A DNA stretch of 54,625 nucleotides from positions 1 to 54,625 of the IMG/VR virus record IMGVR_UViG_3300033485_000017; one strand, written 5' to 3'. A program made the position numbers and the translations under genes. The notes under the pieces are model-generated. The model saw only the letters and a program-made list of their open reading frames with translations, had not been told where the DNA came from and did no database searches. This stretch comes from a virus (lineage: Duplodnaviria; Caudoviricetes). Of this stretch, positions 35,706 through 44,759 are shown piece by piece; the first letter of the stretch is position 1, and each line of letters opens with the position of its first letter.

Positions 35706-37157
35706 TCACTTTACTGCCTCCAATCCGAAGAACCACCAGTCACGGGCCGCTACATCCGCCCCTTCCAGTTTCCGCCAGTCGAACGGCCGCACATCCTTGA
35801 ACCACTTCCCCAGCACTGCCTTGAGGGTCTGCGGCGTATAGGCTTGCTTGTGCCGGTCGCCCTCGTGTCCCATGTAGGCGCCGTAGACCGCGGCTTGGAA
35901 CAGTTGGTCATTCATGCGGCCGTCCTTCCACCGCTCCGTCAGTGCCCACATGTCCGGGGCGATCACGATGACAGAGCCTCCGGGCTTCAGCAGCCGGTAG
36001 CACTCGGCCAACAGCTTGTCCCGCTCGGCAGGGTCAAAGTGCTCGATGACGTGGTGGAGCATGATGAGGTTGGTGGAGTCGCCAGAGAACATGGGGAGGG
36101 AAGTCCCATCGGCGACGATGTCCGGGTTCCACTTTGGGTTGACATCGATGTTTTCCCAGAGGTGGCCGAAGGGGCGCTGGCCGCTACCAATATTGAGATA
36201 GACAGGGCTCGTGTCTGCTTGTTGGATTAGGCGGAGCGTCTCCTGCCGACCTTCCTCGTCGTCGAAGTTGGCCCGGTCGTCATGCCCGTCGATCAGGTAC
36301 ACGGCCTCTCCGTCGAGGATGAAGTTCCACGGCCGCACGTCGCCATGGTGCTCGGCAGGGAGGGGGAAGTCGGAGACCCACTGGGAGATGAGGTTCCTGG
36401 GGGGCCACACACCACCCAGCTTGAGATAGGTCTGGAGGTTGATGCCCTGGACCCAAGGTTGGACTTTGTCGTCCCCACTTTTCTTGTGGTTAATAGCGCA
36501 ACAATTCTGTCTGAGAGCGGCTCTTTCAATGTCACACTGGTTCTGGTCCTCTCCCAGGAAAGGTCGCGTCTGCCGTGTGGGTGTACCGTCTAGCACGACC
36601 ATGATCCGTTCATGGGGGCTCGTGTGGGATGCAAACTCCCCTATCCGTTTGGCATTCCTAACCCGGTCGAAGATCCCCGCCAGTCGTTCCTGTCCGCACG
36701 CTCCCTCGTCATTCCAATGCGGCGTCTCGACGATGACTTGGTCGGACATTCGCAGGAAGTCATTCAGAACCCGTTCCCACTCGTCAAAGTGATGCAGCAC
36801 GTTGAGTGCCAGCACCACGTCCACGCGCTCGACCTCGGCCAGCCGCTCCACGTCCTCGACCGAGAACCTGCGCTCCAGCACGATCAGCCTGGGCGTGTTG
36901 CTCTGACTGACGATGCGCTTGAGCCGGTGGTCACTGTCGCACATGACGGCAACACAGTCCGTCTCGCGGGCGGCGCGGATGCTGAAGTAGCCCTGTGCGG
37001 CGCCAAAGTCCAACATGGTGAAGCGGCGCCGGTAGTAACTAAGCTGCTTGAGGATGGCCTCGTATCTGGCAGCACAACAGTCACGCACACCCTTGACCTC
37101 GACGCCGTTCGGCCCTAGCACGTCTTGATAAATCTCATTGTTGCCGTCTGTTCTCAT
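35706..37157 (-). CDS. Methyltransferase + kinase-like + second methyltransferase fusion (WbdD-like N-terminal architecture)
   Basis: LDFGAAQGYF..LNVLHH; HGDVRPWNFIL..YLID; LNIGSG..HVIEH..RLLKPGG. Confidence 0.8.
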   Translation of the reverse strand: MRTDGNNEIYQDVLGPNGVEVKGVRDCCAARYEAILKQLSYYRRRFTMLDFGAAQGYFSIRAARETDCVAVMCDSDHRLKRIVSQSNTPRLIVLERRFSVEDVERLAEVERVDVVLALNVLHHFDEWERVLNDFLRMSDQVIVETPHWNDEGACGQERLAGIFDRVRNAKRIGEFASHTSPHERIMVVLDGTPTRQTRPFLGEDQNQCDIERAALRQNCCAINHKKSGDDKVQPWVQGINLQTYLKLGGVWPPRNLISQWVSDFPLPAEHHGDVRPWNFILDGEAVYLIDGHDDRANFDDEEGRQETLRLIQQADTSPVYLNIGSGQRPFGHLWENIDVNPKWNPDIVADGTSLPMFSGDSTNLIMLHHVIEHFDPAERDKLLAECYRLLKPGGSVIVIAPDMWALTERWKDGRMNDQLFQAAVYGAYMGHEGDRHKQAYTPQTLKAVLGKWFKDVRPFDWRKLEGADVAARDWWFFGLEAVK

Positions 37158-37426
37158 TCACGATCTCCAGGTCCGATATCACCAGTCTCTGACTGACCGT
37201 GACTTTCAGCAAGGCATTGCCGCAGATAGACGCACAGATCCAACGCCTCTTGGTAGGCATCCACGAGTGCATCGCGTCCGTTGTGTGCCTGGAGTGGCGT
37301 CCCGTACTTACGGCGCCCGGCGTTGTCTCGGTCCCGCATGTCGTCGATGACCAACTCCCAGATCGGCCGCGAGTCGTTTGGGACCGGAGCCTGTTCTGGT
37401 TTGCTTCCGAACTGCTGATTGGGCAT
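37154..37426 (-). CDS. Small all-alpha protein, possible MazG-like NTP pyrophosphatase
   Basis: GRRKYGTPL..NGRDALVDAYQEALDLCVYLRQ; GGAGG RBS before ATG 37426. Confidence 0.55.
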   Translation of the reverse strand: MPNQQFGSKPEQAPVPNDSRPIWELVIDDMRDRDNAGRRKYGTPLQAHNGRDALVDAYQEALDLCVYLRQCLAESHGQSETGDIGPGDRE

Positions 37427-37431
37427 GATTC

Positions 37432-38112
37432 CTATCCTCCCAATGCTGGGTCCGGTACGTGCTCCACTGGTACAAAACTCAGCCCTGGCCGCCAGAACAA
37501 TGCTACTCCATGCGGAGTCCGGTACTGCTTCCACGACCAGCCCAAGTCGCGCAAGTAACTGACTGCCCGCTGGACCGGCTGGAGGACCGTGTCATGCAGG
37601 AAGATGATGCTGGAGCACTTAGAGGCGCCAATGGCGTCCAGGCAGGGCGTGTCACCATCGTGGTCTCCGTCTATCACGACACCAGAGTAAATGGAGAAAC
37701 TACACGAAAAGAATGCGTGAGAAGTGCATGGGATGAGGTGCACGGCATTACGGCACCCGGATGCCCTTAGGTTAGCAGATGCCCGTTCAGCGAACTCCTT
37801 GTTCCCGTACATTGGATCGATGGATGTAACTTGGCACCCGGCATGTGCTAAGTGTGCCGCCGTCCACCCCGTAAGACCTCCAATATCCAGCCAGAGGCCG
37901 TGGACAGAGGACGCCGTGTTGTACAGGATGGCCGCTTCGTCGTGCGTCCAGAACCCGCAGTTCTTGTAAACTCCGAACACTGGGTCATTGTCCGGTTTGC
38001 CGGCAAAGTCCCGGATTACGTCGTGGCCGCAGGAATGTGGCATCGGACCGGACACAGTGTAATGAAAATGTTGAATCAAATCCGGTGCTGATAAGTTAGA
38101 TCGGTAAATCAT
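37432..38112 (-). CDS. Class I SAM methyltransferase (Methyltransf_24-like)
   Basis: WLDIGGLTGWT, VVIDGDH and FLHD motifs. Confidence 0.8.
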   Translation of the reverse strand: MIYRSNLSAPDLIQHFHYTVSGPMPHSCGHDVIRDFAGKPDNDPVFGVYKNCGFWTHDEAAILYNTASSVHGLWLDIGGLTGWTAAHLAHAGCQVTSIDPMYGNKEFAERASANLRASGCRNAVHLIPCTSHAFFSCSFSIYSGVVIDGDHDGDTPCLDAIGASKCSSIIFLHDTVLQPVQRAVSYLRDLGWSWKQYRTPHGVALFWRPGLSFVPVEHVPDPALGG

Positions 38113-38137
38113 CTTGTCTCCTACTCACGCTTCCTAC

Positions 38138-38737
38138 TTACTCAGGCGAGAACCAGCAGTCCCTGCATGGCAAGGGCAGCGTCTCGATGCGTTCCCTCCA
38201 GTGCTCATCCGGCGCGAGTGACAGCACTCCGTCAACCCCCTGCCCGACACAGCACCCATAGATCCGCCCATTTGAGTACATCACCGTCTCTGACGTTCCA
38301 CGCTCACACGGGGCGCCGGAGCCGCGCCTGAATCGGGGGATGTGGTTTGAGTTGCGGATGATTAAGTGCTTCACCCGGCTGTTGAGCCACCATTCAGCAG
38401 GTCCGTTGCCCTCGTATCTGGTGAAGTAAACCGTGTCGAAATAGGGCAGGACATCCTCGTACTTCTCGATCCAGGCTCCGTTCGTGTCAGTAGTCAGGTA
38501 CCGGCAGTCAAAGAGTGGCTTGAACTTGGGCACGAACTCCCGGAATTCAGGGTGCATTGTCGGCTCCCCACCGGTCAGATGCACATACTTGATGCCCTGG
38601 AACCAGCGGGCGGCCTCCTCAAAGTAAGACCAAGGATGTGCCACGGCCGGCCGGTTGTGGATGTTGGCGCAGCAGTGGGGACAAGCACGGTCGCACAGAG
38701 TCGTGATCTCCAGGTTGACGCGCTCGATTGTCCGCAT
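38138..38737 (-). CDS. Radical SAM enzyme with short SPASM/twitch-like C-terminus
   Basis: CDRACPHC, TGGEPTMHP, DTNG; C..GRIYGCC..CRDC. Confidence 0.9.
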   Translation of the reverse strand: MRTIERVNLEITTLCDRACPHCCANIHNRPAVAHPWSYFEEAARWFQGIKYVHLTGGEPTMHPEFREFVPKFKPLFDCRYLTTDTNGAWIEKYEDVLPYFDTVYFTRYEGNGPAEWWLNSRVKHLIIRNSNHIPRFRRGSGAPCERGTSETVMYSNGRIYGCCVGQGVDGVLSLAPDEHWRERIETLPLPCRDCWFSPE

Positions 38738-39429
38738 CAGAACTTTCTCCAGCCAGTGCGGTCGGTCGTCAGGATGGTGCGCTCATCGTATGGGAATCCC
38801 TCGTCTGAGAAGTACTCGGGAGGGACGGTCAGGTTGAGCCCCATCCTGTGCACCAGGACCGATGCGGCTGTCTGATCGTGCCGATGCCCTTTCACCCGCG
38901 GATCGGACGACGCTTCCCCATGTTCATTCGACCACGGCCCGGCGAAGGCCCCTGCCAGGGCGAGATCCCGCCAGCGTGACAGGAAGTCTTGGGCGACCGG
39001 CTGCCTGAGATCCAGTCCAAACGATGTTGCGACGATCTGCGGGATGCCGAATGCTTCCTCGCGGGTGATGCCGAGGATGGGCAGCGATGCGTCGGAGGCC
39101 CAGTTGCCAGTGCTGTAGTTGTGGTTGCGGCTGAACCAATAGCCCTGCTGCTCGATCAGTTCCCAGATAGGGGCAAGGGGCTTCAGGATGATGATGGAGG
39201 AGTCGAGCCACAGAAGTACATCGTGGTGCAGGCCCTCTGAGCGGGTGAGCACGGTACGGAGCGCCCAGACCTTGAAAGCATAAGGGGCCTCCTCGTGGCT
39301 GGGACTTTCCATTGGGAGGTATCCATCCCAGAAAAAGAAATTCTCCCCGAGTGCAAAAACCTGATCCGTAAGACGGGCGAGTTTTCCACGATGATTCCCC
39401 GTCCCGACACTTACAATGCAGCGGCTCAT
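38737..39429 (-). CDS. GT-A-fold nucleotide-sugar transferase-like protein
   Basis: PYAFK, LLWLDSS and HRHDQT motifs. Confidence 0.7.
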   Translation of the reverse strand: MSRCIVSVGTGNHRGKLARLTDQVFALGENFFFWDGYLPMESPSHEEAPYAFKVWALRTVLTRSEGLHHDVLLWLDSSIIILKPLAPIWELIEQQGYWFSRNHNYSTGNWASDASLPILGITREEAFGIPQIVATSFGLDLRQPVAQDFLSRWRDLALAGAFAGPWSNEHGEASSDPRVKGHRHDQTAASVLVHRMGLNLTVPPEYFSDEGFPYDERTILTTDRTGWRKF

Positions 39430-40115
39430 CTGTTGGGGTCCTTTCCCATTGACGGGAACCCAAGTGCCCGGCGCGCGCCCAGCACTGCGAGCCCCTCTTC
39501 CTGCCCGTCCAACTGCTTACTGTAAATTGCATCCTGTGGCACGCTTGTCCCAATCCAATGCTTGTGCTGGAACGTCAGGTGCCGCGCGTCCACAACCACA
39601 CCATCCCGCCGCGCTACCTCCGTGAACTCCACATCCGAATACCAGCCGTCGTAGTCAGGGTGGAACAGGTAGCCCTTACGTTCATAGTACGGTCGCGTGA
39701 CGAAGCTCTGTAACATTAGCCGGAACCATTCATCGTCGGCTGGGGATGTGCCGGACTTCACTTCAACCACGTATTCTCCATCCAGGTCGGGGATGACCTT
39801 GAGTAGTTCGGTGTCCCAGTGGGGGCACGGGTAGAGGTCGTCGGCAATGTTGATGAGGAAGCGGCCGGTCGAGGCGGCGGCGGCTGTGTTCCACGCGGAG
39901 ACACAAGAGCGGCCTTGGTTCAGGACGAAGCGGATGTCTGGGTCTAAGCGGTTGAAGATGACTGGCCACTTGTCCCTGTCTACTTTGTCCACACACAGGA
40001 TGTATTCGACCTGCTGCCAGTTGTCACAGTTGGACTGCCAGGCACGGAAAGCGTCGAGCCATCCGAGTGGCACTCGGGCGGTGGCATGGCATAGGGAGAA
40101 GGTGGGAATGCTCAC
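39426..40115 (-). CDS. GT2-like glycosyltransferase
   Basis: SAWNTAA, INIADDLYP and WYSDVEF; GTG start overlaps the upstream stop. Confidence 0.8.
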   Translation of the reverse strand: MSIPTFSLCHATARVPLGWLDAFRAWQSNCDNWQQVEYILCVDKVDRDKWPVIFNRLDPDIRFVLNQGRSCVSAWNTAAAASTGRFLINIADDLYPCPHWDTELLKVIPDLDGEYVVEVKSGTSPADDEWFRLMLQSFVTRPYYERKGYLFHPDYDGWYSDVEFTEVARRDGVVVDARHLTFQHKHWIGTSVPQDAIYSKQLDGQEEGLAVLGARRALGFPSMGKDPNR

Positions 40116-40624
40116 AGGATCTCCGGGATGGGAATTCGGCCTAATACCACAGTCCAAGGGGATAGAAGTTTAGATACGGCTTGGTACTGATACAGTCTCT
40201 GTGCTGTGTCCACTCCTGGGCGAACGTCGTAGGCATCGTAATCGTGGATGACTACGTAATCAGTGGTTGCCCAAAACAGCTCGGCATCCGGTCCGCGGCG
40301 AGACCCAGAAGGGCCGTGGTCCAAGAACACGACACTCCACTGATGGTTTGCTAGTTCGCACAAGTTTGACCAATCAGGAGAGTGCACGAAAAAGTGCCTG
40401 CTGCCAAGACGACCGTAGGATGGACATAGCTTGTCGAACCAATCTCGGTCTGATTCAGCACTTATCAGGAATCGGTTCTGGGCTTCGCAGACCGCGTGCA
40501 GGACCGGCGTCGAATAGTTGCCGATGCCAACCTCTAACACCGGTCCGCCCGTCGCCGCCACGCACGCGAGCAGCGCCGGGAGGTGTGATCCGTAAGGGTC
40601 CATCTGGGTCGGCAGGTTACTCAT
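40112..40624 (-). CDS. SAM methyltransferase-like protein (resembles polysaccharide O-methyltransferases)
   Basis: VLEVGIGNYST, VVFLDH and VVIHD motifs. Confidence 0.7.
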   Translation of the reverse strand: MSNLPTQMDPYGSHLPALLACVAATGGPVLEVGIGNYSTPVLHAVCEAQNRFLISAESDRDWFDKLCPSYGRLGSRHFFVHSPDWSNLCELANHQWSVVFLDHGPSGSRRGPDAELFWATTDYVVIHDYDAYDVRPGVDTAQRLYQYQAVSKLLSPWTVVLGRIPIPEIL

Positions 40625-41333
40625 ATATAACTCCCGCTTCCCTCGGCTTCAGTTCCGCTCCCGGCGCCAGGTTGCCATCCGATTGGGTGATGGAGCAGTC
40701 CAGAACAACATGTGGGACTACGACTCCGATACGGCCACCAGCAGCGCGGAGGCGCTCGGTGAAAGCCCAGTCCTCACCCTTGCAGACGCCAGGAGCAGTA
40801 CCGGTAAGAGGACCAAACTTGTCCCATGTGGGCCAGCGCATGAGCCAGGAGGTTCCAGCAAGGCAGTCATGCTCGCTGAGGGTAATGGGCAATCCTGATC
40901 GGGAAGCGTATCCCACCCAGCCAATCGAGTGGTGGAATGGATGGGCTTGGCCGCCCCAGATAGCGAATGCCGGGTTGAGGTCTTCCGAGTATGCGGCCAA
41001 AGAAGTCAAGTACGTGAGCCAGTCCGGCTTGAAGTACACGTCGTTGTCCGAGAGATAGAGCCAGTTGCCACGACCCCAGTGCTGTTCACTCCAGTAGACC
41101 CCGAGATTCTTGAGGGTGCTCAGGATGTGGTGGCTGTTACGGACGCTCAGGATTGTGGAATTCCGTTTCAGGTTCGAGACCTGTTCGAGCACCTTGACTG
41201 TACGGAAATCCTCGCTACCATCGTCCACAATGGTGAGGGTGAACGCATTTGGCGGCGTGCTCTGGTAGAGGGATTCCAGCGCCTGCTTGGTCAGCCGGTA
41301 CCGGTCACGGCAAAGGAAAACGATGTTGGTCAT
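40617..41333 (-). CDS. GT2-family glycosyltransferase
   Basis: IVDDGSED, YLSDNDVYF and GEDWAF motifs. Confidence 0.88.
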   Translation of the reverse strand: MTNIVFLCRDRYRLTKQALESLYQSTPPNAFTLTIVDDGSEDFRTVKVLEQVSNLKRNSTILSVRNSHHILSTLKNLGVYWSEQHWGRGNWLYLSDNDVYFKPDWLTYLTSLAAYSEDLNPAFAIWGGQAHPFHHSIGWVGYASRSGLPITLSEHDCLAGTSWLMRWPTWDKFGPLTGTAPGVCKGEDWAFTERLRAAGGRIGVVVPHVVLDCSITQSDGNLAPGAELKPREAGVIYE

Positions 41334-41587
41334 TGGTGGTTTACCGCCTCTGCCACTAGGTTACACAGATCCTCATTTGTGGCATCACGCAGGTACTTGG
41401 CACTCGCCCTGTGGCATGTGAAACATAATCCTGGGTTCAGGTGGTCCTCGGCATAGAGGGTCTCGATCTCCGTCCCCAAGCAATGACTGGACTCATTCAG
41501 GTAGAAGTTAATGTCCTCCGCGGTGGATTGGTCACCTACGTGGATGACCATTTGGACTATCAATTCGATGACTACTGGCCGGGGCAT
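41330..41587 (-). CDS. Hypothetical protein
   Basis: Coupled to neighbouring genes in the operon. Confidence 0.6.
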   Translation of the reverse strand: MPRPVVIELIVQMVIHVGDQSTAEDINFYLNESSHCLGTEIETLYAEDHLNPGLCFTCHRASAKYLRDATNEDLCNLVAEAVNHQ

Positions 41588-42348
41588 TTTACCTCTAGTG
41601 GCAGCACATCCCTATATTCGTCCCAGATCCAGCGATGAGGCCGGATGTGGTCCTCTTCGCGCGTCCCGCCCTGCAACCAGGCGGCCTTCTGGTAGGCCGG
41701 GCTCGTGCTCGACCGGCCGCCGTGGTGTGTGCAGCTTGCCCCTACCATCCAGGTTTCCTTGCCCCTCCGAGCGGCCTCGCAGGCAAGCCACAAATCAAGA
41801 CAATGATGAGTTAGGTGCCCAACTGGCCAGCCTCCCACCTGTACCAGGAAGTCCCTCCGGATGGCCATGAAGAAAGCGTCCAGGACGGCCACTTGTTTGA
41901 ACCCAGTCTCCCGCGCGCCGTGCACTTCGGCGTCCGTCTGGTTGGACATGTAGCCGCCGCGGGCCATGTTCCAGATGTTGAAGGGGCGCTTGTAGAGGTT
42001 GGGGTGGCCAAGCGCTGTAGCACCGCCAAGACCCACGGCCACAATGTCTCTGGGTACGTATTCGTGCCCTGGGCCGAAGATGCGTCCAAACAGTAACAGG
42101 ACCATCTTTAGCCAGTTGGGGTCGTGGATCGTTACGTCGTCGTGGACATAGATCAGCACATCTTCCGAGTCGGAAGATTCTTCAAGTGCCTGCTGGTAAG
42201 CTTGGCAGGGGGAGAGGTGGTTGTCGCGGTTGTCGATGGTAGTGAAGAATGCTGGATTGCTGTCACGGTAGCTGTAGTAGTCAAGGATATGGACCGGCAA
42301 TTCTGGTCCAGGTCCTCCGCAGAGCACAGAGACCAACTTGAAGGTCAC
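41572..42348 (-). CDS. GT2-like glycosyltransferase
   Basis: IYVHDDV, AVLDAFFMAIRR and HHCLDL motifs; GTGA overlap at the start. Confidence 0.82.
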   Translation of the reverse strand: MTFKLVSVLCGGPGPELPVHILDYYSYRDSNPAFFTTIDNRDNHLSPCQAYQQALEESSDSEDVLIYVHDDVTIHDPNWLKMVLLLFGRIFGPGHEYVPRDIVAVGLGGATALGHPNLYKRPFNIWNMARGGYMSNQTDAEVHGARETGFKQVAVLDAFFMAIRRDFLVQVGGWPVGHLTHHCLDLWLACEAARRGKETWMVGASCTHHGGRSSTSPAYQKAAWLQGGTREEDHIRPHRWIWDEYRDVLPLEVKCPGQ

Positions 42349-43526
42349 TGGAGCCCTCTCAGGAACCACTGCTTCCACACGTGCTGCAACCTGTCCCACC
42401 CCAGGTGCTCAACCTGTGCCCGCATCCTCTCTGCCACGCCTTCCCGGTCGGCCCGCTTGCGCTCGATCTGCTCCTTGGCCGCGACAGCGAACGCATGTCC
42501 ACTCAGTACAGCCCGTAGCACGTCATGGATGGTGTCCACCCGGAACGCTATCGGCCTCACCCTGCATTCCTCTTCTACCAGCTCCGGCCCAGCGGCATAC
42601 CCGGTCACCACACAAGCCACTCCACAGGCCATGCTCTCGGCAATGGGGTAACCAAACCCCTCCCCGGCCGATGGCAGGATGGTGACATCACATCCCGAGT
42701 AGTGCAGCGCGAGTTGCTTATCACTGGCACTCAGCGTGATCTCGATGGAGTCCTCCAAACCGTAGTCGGCTGCGAGTGCTTGGAGGCTCCAGTAATTGGT
42801 GAGTTGGTCGGTGTGTGCCCAGAACAGGAGCTTGTTCCCATAGTATTCCTTCAGGTCTGCGCAGCACATGAACGCCGCAGCCCAGTCCTTGCGCTGCTGG
42901 TTGGCCATGTTACACCCAACCACCACACGGTCCGCCCATCCAAGCAGTTCACGCGCGCCCTCGACAGGCTTCCATGCGTCCATCCACATGCCATGTGGCA
43001 TCCAGTCCGCATCTGGCCGGCCCGACCTGGCCAAGACTCCCTGCCCCCACTCGCTTGCTGCCGCCACGCGGTCATACCCGGACACCGCCGCGGCCATCCC
43101 CAGTGGCAAACTCTCGCCATTTGGACCGGTCGAGTCCACTGGGAAGTAGCCCCATTTCAGGAAGTTCCTCCCAGGGCCGAGGAAGCGCTGGAGGTCTTCC
43201 GGCAACCCTACAGGTTGGGCAAACCACAACCGGCGGCTCGCATCGTCGATAGTCAGGATGATGCCCGGCTCGCCGCCCGAGAAGTCGGTCCAGGCAGACG
43301 GCAGATAGTCCTCGCCCCAGCCGCCCAACTCCGGGTATTGGTAGGAGGTCCATGGGTATTGCCGCCGCCCCATGCCTCCCCGGCCCAAGTAAGCAACGCG
43401 GAACTCGGGCATGGAACAGAGCAGGGTGGCCAGGTCCCGGCCGTCACGGGCCAAGCCGGTGAGGAGTTCCGGGGCGTCGGACGTAATCAGGATCGGGTTG
43501 GCGAACTGTTTGAACTGTAACTTCAT
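42345..43526 (-). CDS. GT4-family (GT-B) glycosyltransferase
   Basis: SDAP..TGLAR, NQQRKD and PSAGEGFGYPIAESMACG motifs. Confidence 0.9.
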   Translation of the reverse strand: MKLQFKQFANPILITSDAPELLTGLARDGRDLATLLCSMPEFRVAYLGRGGMGRRQYPWTSYQYPELGGWGEDYLPSAWTDFSGGEPGIILTIDDASRRLWFAQPVGLPEDLQRFLGPGRNFLKWGYFPVDSTGPNGESLPLGMAAAVSGYDRVAAASEWGQGVLARSGRPDADWMPHGMWMDAWKPVEGARELLGWADRVVVGCNMANQQRKDWAAAFMCCADLKEYYGNKLLFWAHTDQLTNYWSLQALAADYGLEDSIEITLSASDKQLALHYSGCDVTILPSAGEGFGYPIAESMACGVACVVTGYAAGPELVEEECRVRPIAFRVDTIHDVLRAVLSGHAFAVAAKEQIERKRADREGVAERMRAQVEHLGWDRLQHVWKQWFLRGLQ

Positions 43527-43765
43527 ATCCGCTCCTTCTCGGTTGCGCAAGCAAGGCATTGCCGCTTGTTCGCTGAAATGGTCTTACCACAGCCGCACTT
43601 GCTGGTGCCGTTTAGTATTCGGCTGGCTACTCGTGGTGCCGGAGTCGATCCTGGTTTCAGGAGTTTCGGATCAGGTAAGGGCAAGGGCGAGAAACTAGGT
43701 GAGTAGAGACCGGCTCTCTCAGATCCCAGAGTAGAGGCCAAGGCCAGTAGAACGTCCATGTTCAT
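43523..43765 (-). CDS. Small zinc-finger protein, first gene of the glycan operon
   Basis: CGCGK..CLAC; ATGA overlap with GT4. Confidence 0.6.
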   Translation of the reverse strand: MNMDVLLALASTLGSERAGLYSPSFSPLPLPDPKLLKPGSTPAPRVASRILNGTSKCGCGKTISANKRQCLACATEKERI

Positions 43766-43772
43766 GCCTTTC

Positions 43773-43812
43773 TTCACCTAGAAAGTCTGTCACAAATCTT
43801 GGGTGCAGTCAA
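43773..43812 (-). promoter_or_regulatory. Promoter of the glycan operon with operator-like motif over the start site
   Basis: TTGACT-N17-CAGACT (with TG extension), followed directly by TTCTAGGTGAAG. Confidence 0.65.
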
Positions 43813-44069
43813 GGGGAAAATCCAGGGGCAATCTTCTGGATGAGGGGGCAGCCGAGTTCTCTCAAGCGCTTCTCGACGCGCATTTCATGAGAGCGGGCCT
43901 CGCGGTTGAAGGCGATTCGTTGGACGAACTGGACGGACAGACCGAACTCGCGTGCAACAGAGGAGAGGACCCCGTGGTTGGACTTGACCCACTGCCGCAC
44001 GCGCCGCTCGGCCGGACTCAATTCCCGCTGGCGGCGCTTCATGGGCTCGGCCTGTCCTTGTCCCAACAT
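43809..44069 (-). CDS. Small helix-turn-helix regulator
   Basis: LSSVAREFGLSVQFVQRIA HTH pattern. Confidence 0.7.
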   Translation of the reverse strand: MLGQGQAEPMKRRQRELSPAERRVRQWVKSNHGVLSSVAREFGLSVQFVQRIAFNREARSHEMRVEKRLRELGCPLIQKIAPGFSP

Positions 44070-44079
44070 GTATACAGAG

Positions 44080-44109
44080 ATTCTACTAGGTGAAGGTGGG
44101 TCGAGTCAA
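44080..44109 (-). promoter_or_regulatory. Promoter of the HTH gene with operator-like motif in the spacer
   Basis: TTGACT-N18-TAGAAT; spacer ends CTTCACCTAG. Confidence 0.7.
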
Positions 44110-44150
44110 GCCGCCCACCTCCTGTGGAACTGCCACGCCGCCGCCCGTCC

Positions 44151-44324
44151 TTACTTCTGGCGCTTGGACATCTTCCCGTATGCCTTGCCGCCCAGCCGGT
44201 GCTCCGCTTTCTCGAATGAGGCAGACTCGCGCCGCTCGTGGGCCATGGACTCGGAGCGCTCCGGGCTGGACTTGGCAAGATGGCTACGGACTTGGGCGTC
44301 GGACTTGTACTTCAACTTGGCCAT
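44151..44324 (-). CDS. Small basic protein (57 aa, not in track), probably leaderless
   Basis: MAKLKYKSDAQVRSHLAKSSPERSESMAHERRESASFEKAEHRLGGKAYGKMSKRQK; TAGAAT 6 nt upstream. Confidence 0.65.
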   Translation of the reverse strand: MAKLKYKSDAQVRSHLAKSSPERSESMAHERRESASFEKAEHRLGGKAYGKMSKRQK

Positions 44325-44354
44325 GGCCCCATTCTACCGCCTTTCCTCCAGCCC

Positions 44355-44717
44355 TCAGCCGCTGATGACCGGAAGTTCGCACATCCAGAACCCTTCCCCT
44401 TCCTTCGTCCCTGCCTCGATCTGCGCGGCCGTGACCCCTGCCTCGACCAGCAGTGCCTTGTCCAGCATCTTCCTTCCACCCTGCCAGCGCACGATGCTGC
44501 ACAGATCCCCAGACCGGACTCCCATGTTGCCCTCGGAGGCCAGCCCTTCCTGCTGCACCATCTCGACGATCTCCTTCTTGACTGCCTTCAGCCGCTCCTC
44601 TGCCTGCTTGAGCGAGTGGGCCTCACGCAGAAGGGCTGTCAGTTTGTTGCGTTTGTCCGCCGCCAAGTCATCCACGTTGGGCAGCGTCAATAGTGTGTGG
44701 TCACTTCGTTTTGCCAT
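44355..44717 (-). CDS. Hypothetical coiled-coil phage protein
   Basis: AAGGA upstream; 120 aa. Confidence 0.7.
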   Translation of the reverse strand: MAKRSDHTLLTLPNVDDLAADKRNKLTALLREAHSLKQAEERLKAVKKEIVEMVQQEGLASEGNMGVRSGDLCSIVRWQGGRKMLDKALLVEAGVTAAQIEAGTKEGEGFWMCELPVISG

Positions 44718-44759
44718 AAATCCGTTTCCTTTCCTTACTCCAACTAAATCCGCTTTTCG

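Noticed and set aside
34901-43526. Firm call of DNA hypermodification
   Set aside because: No hydroxymethylase, thymidylate synthase homologue or TET/JBP gene is visible; kept only as an alternative because part of the genome is missing.
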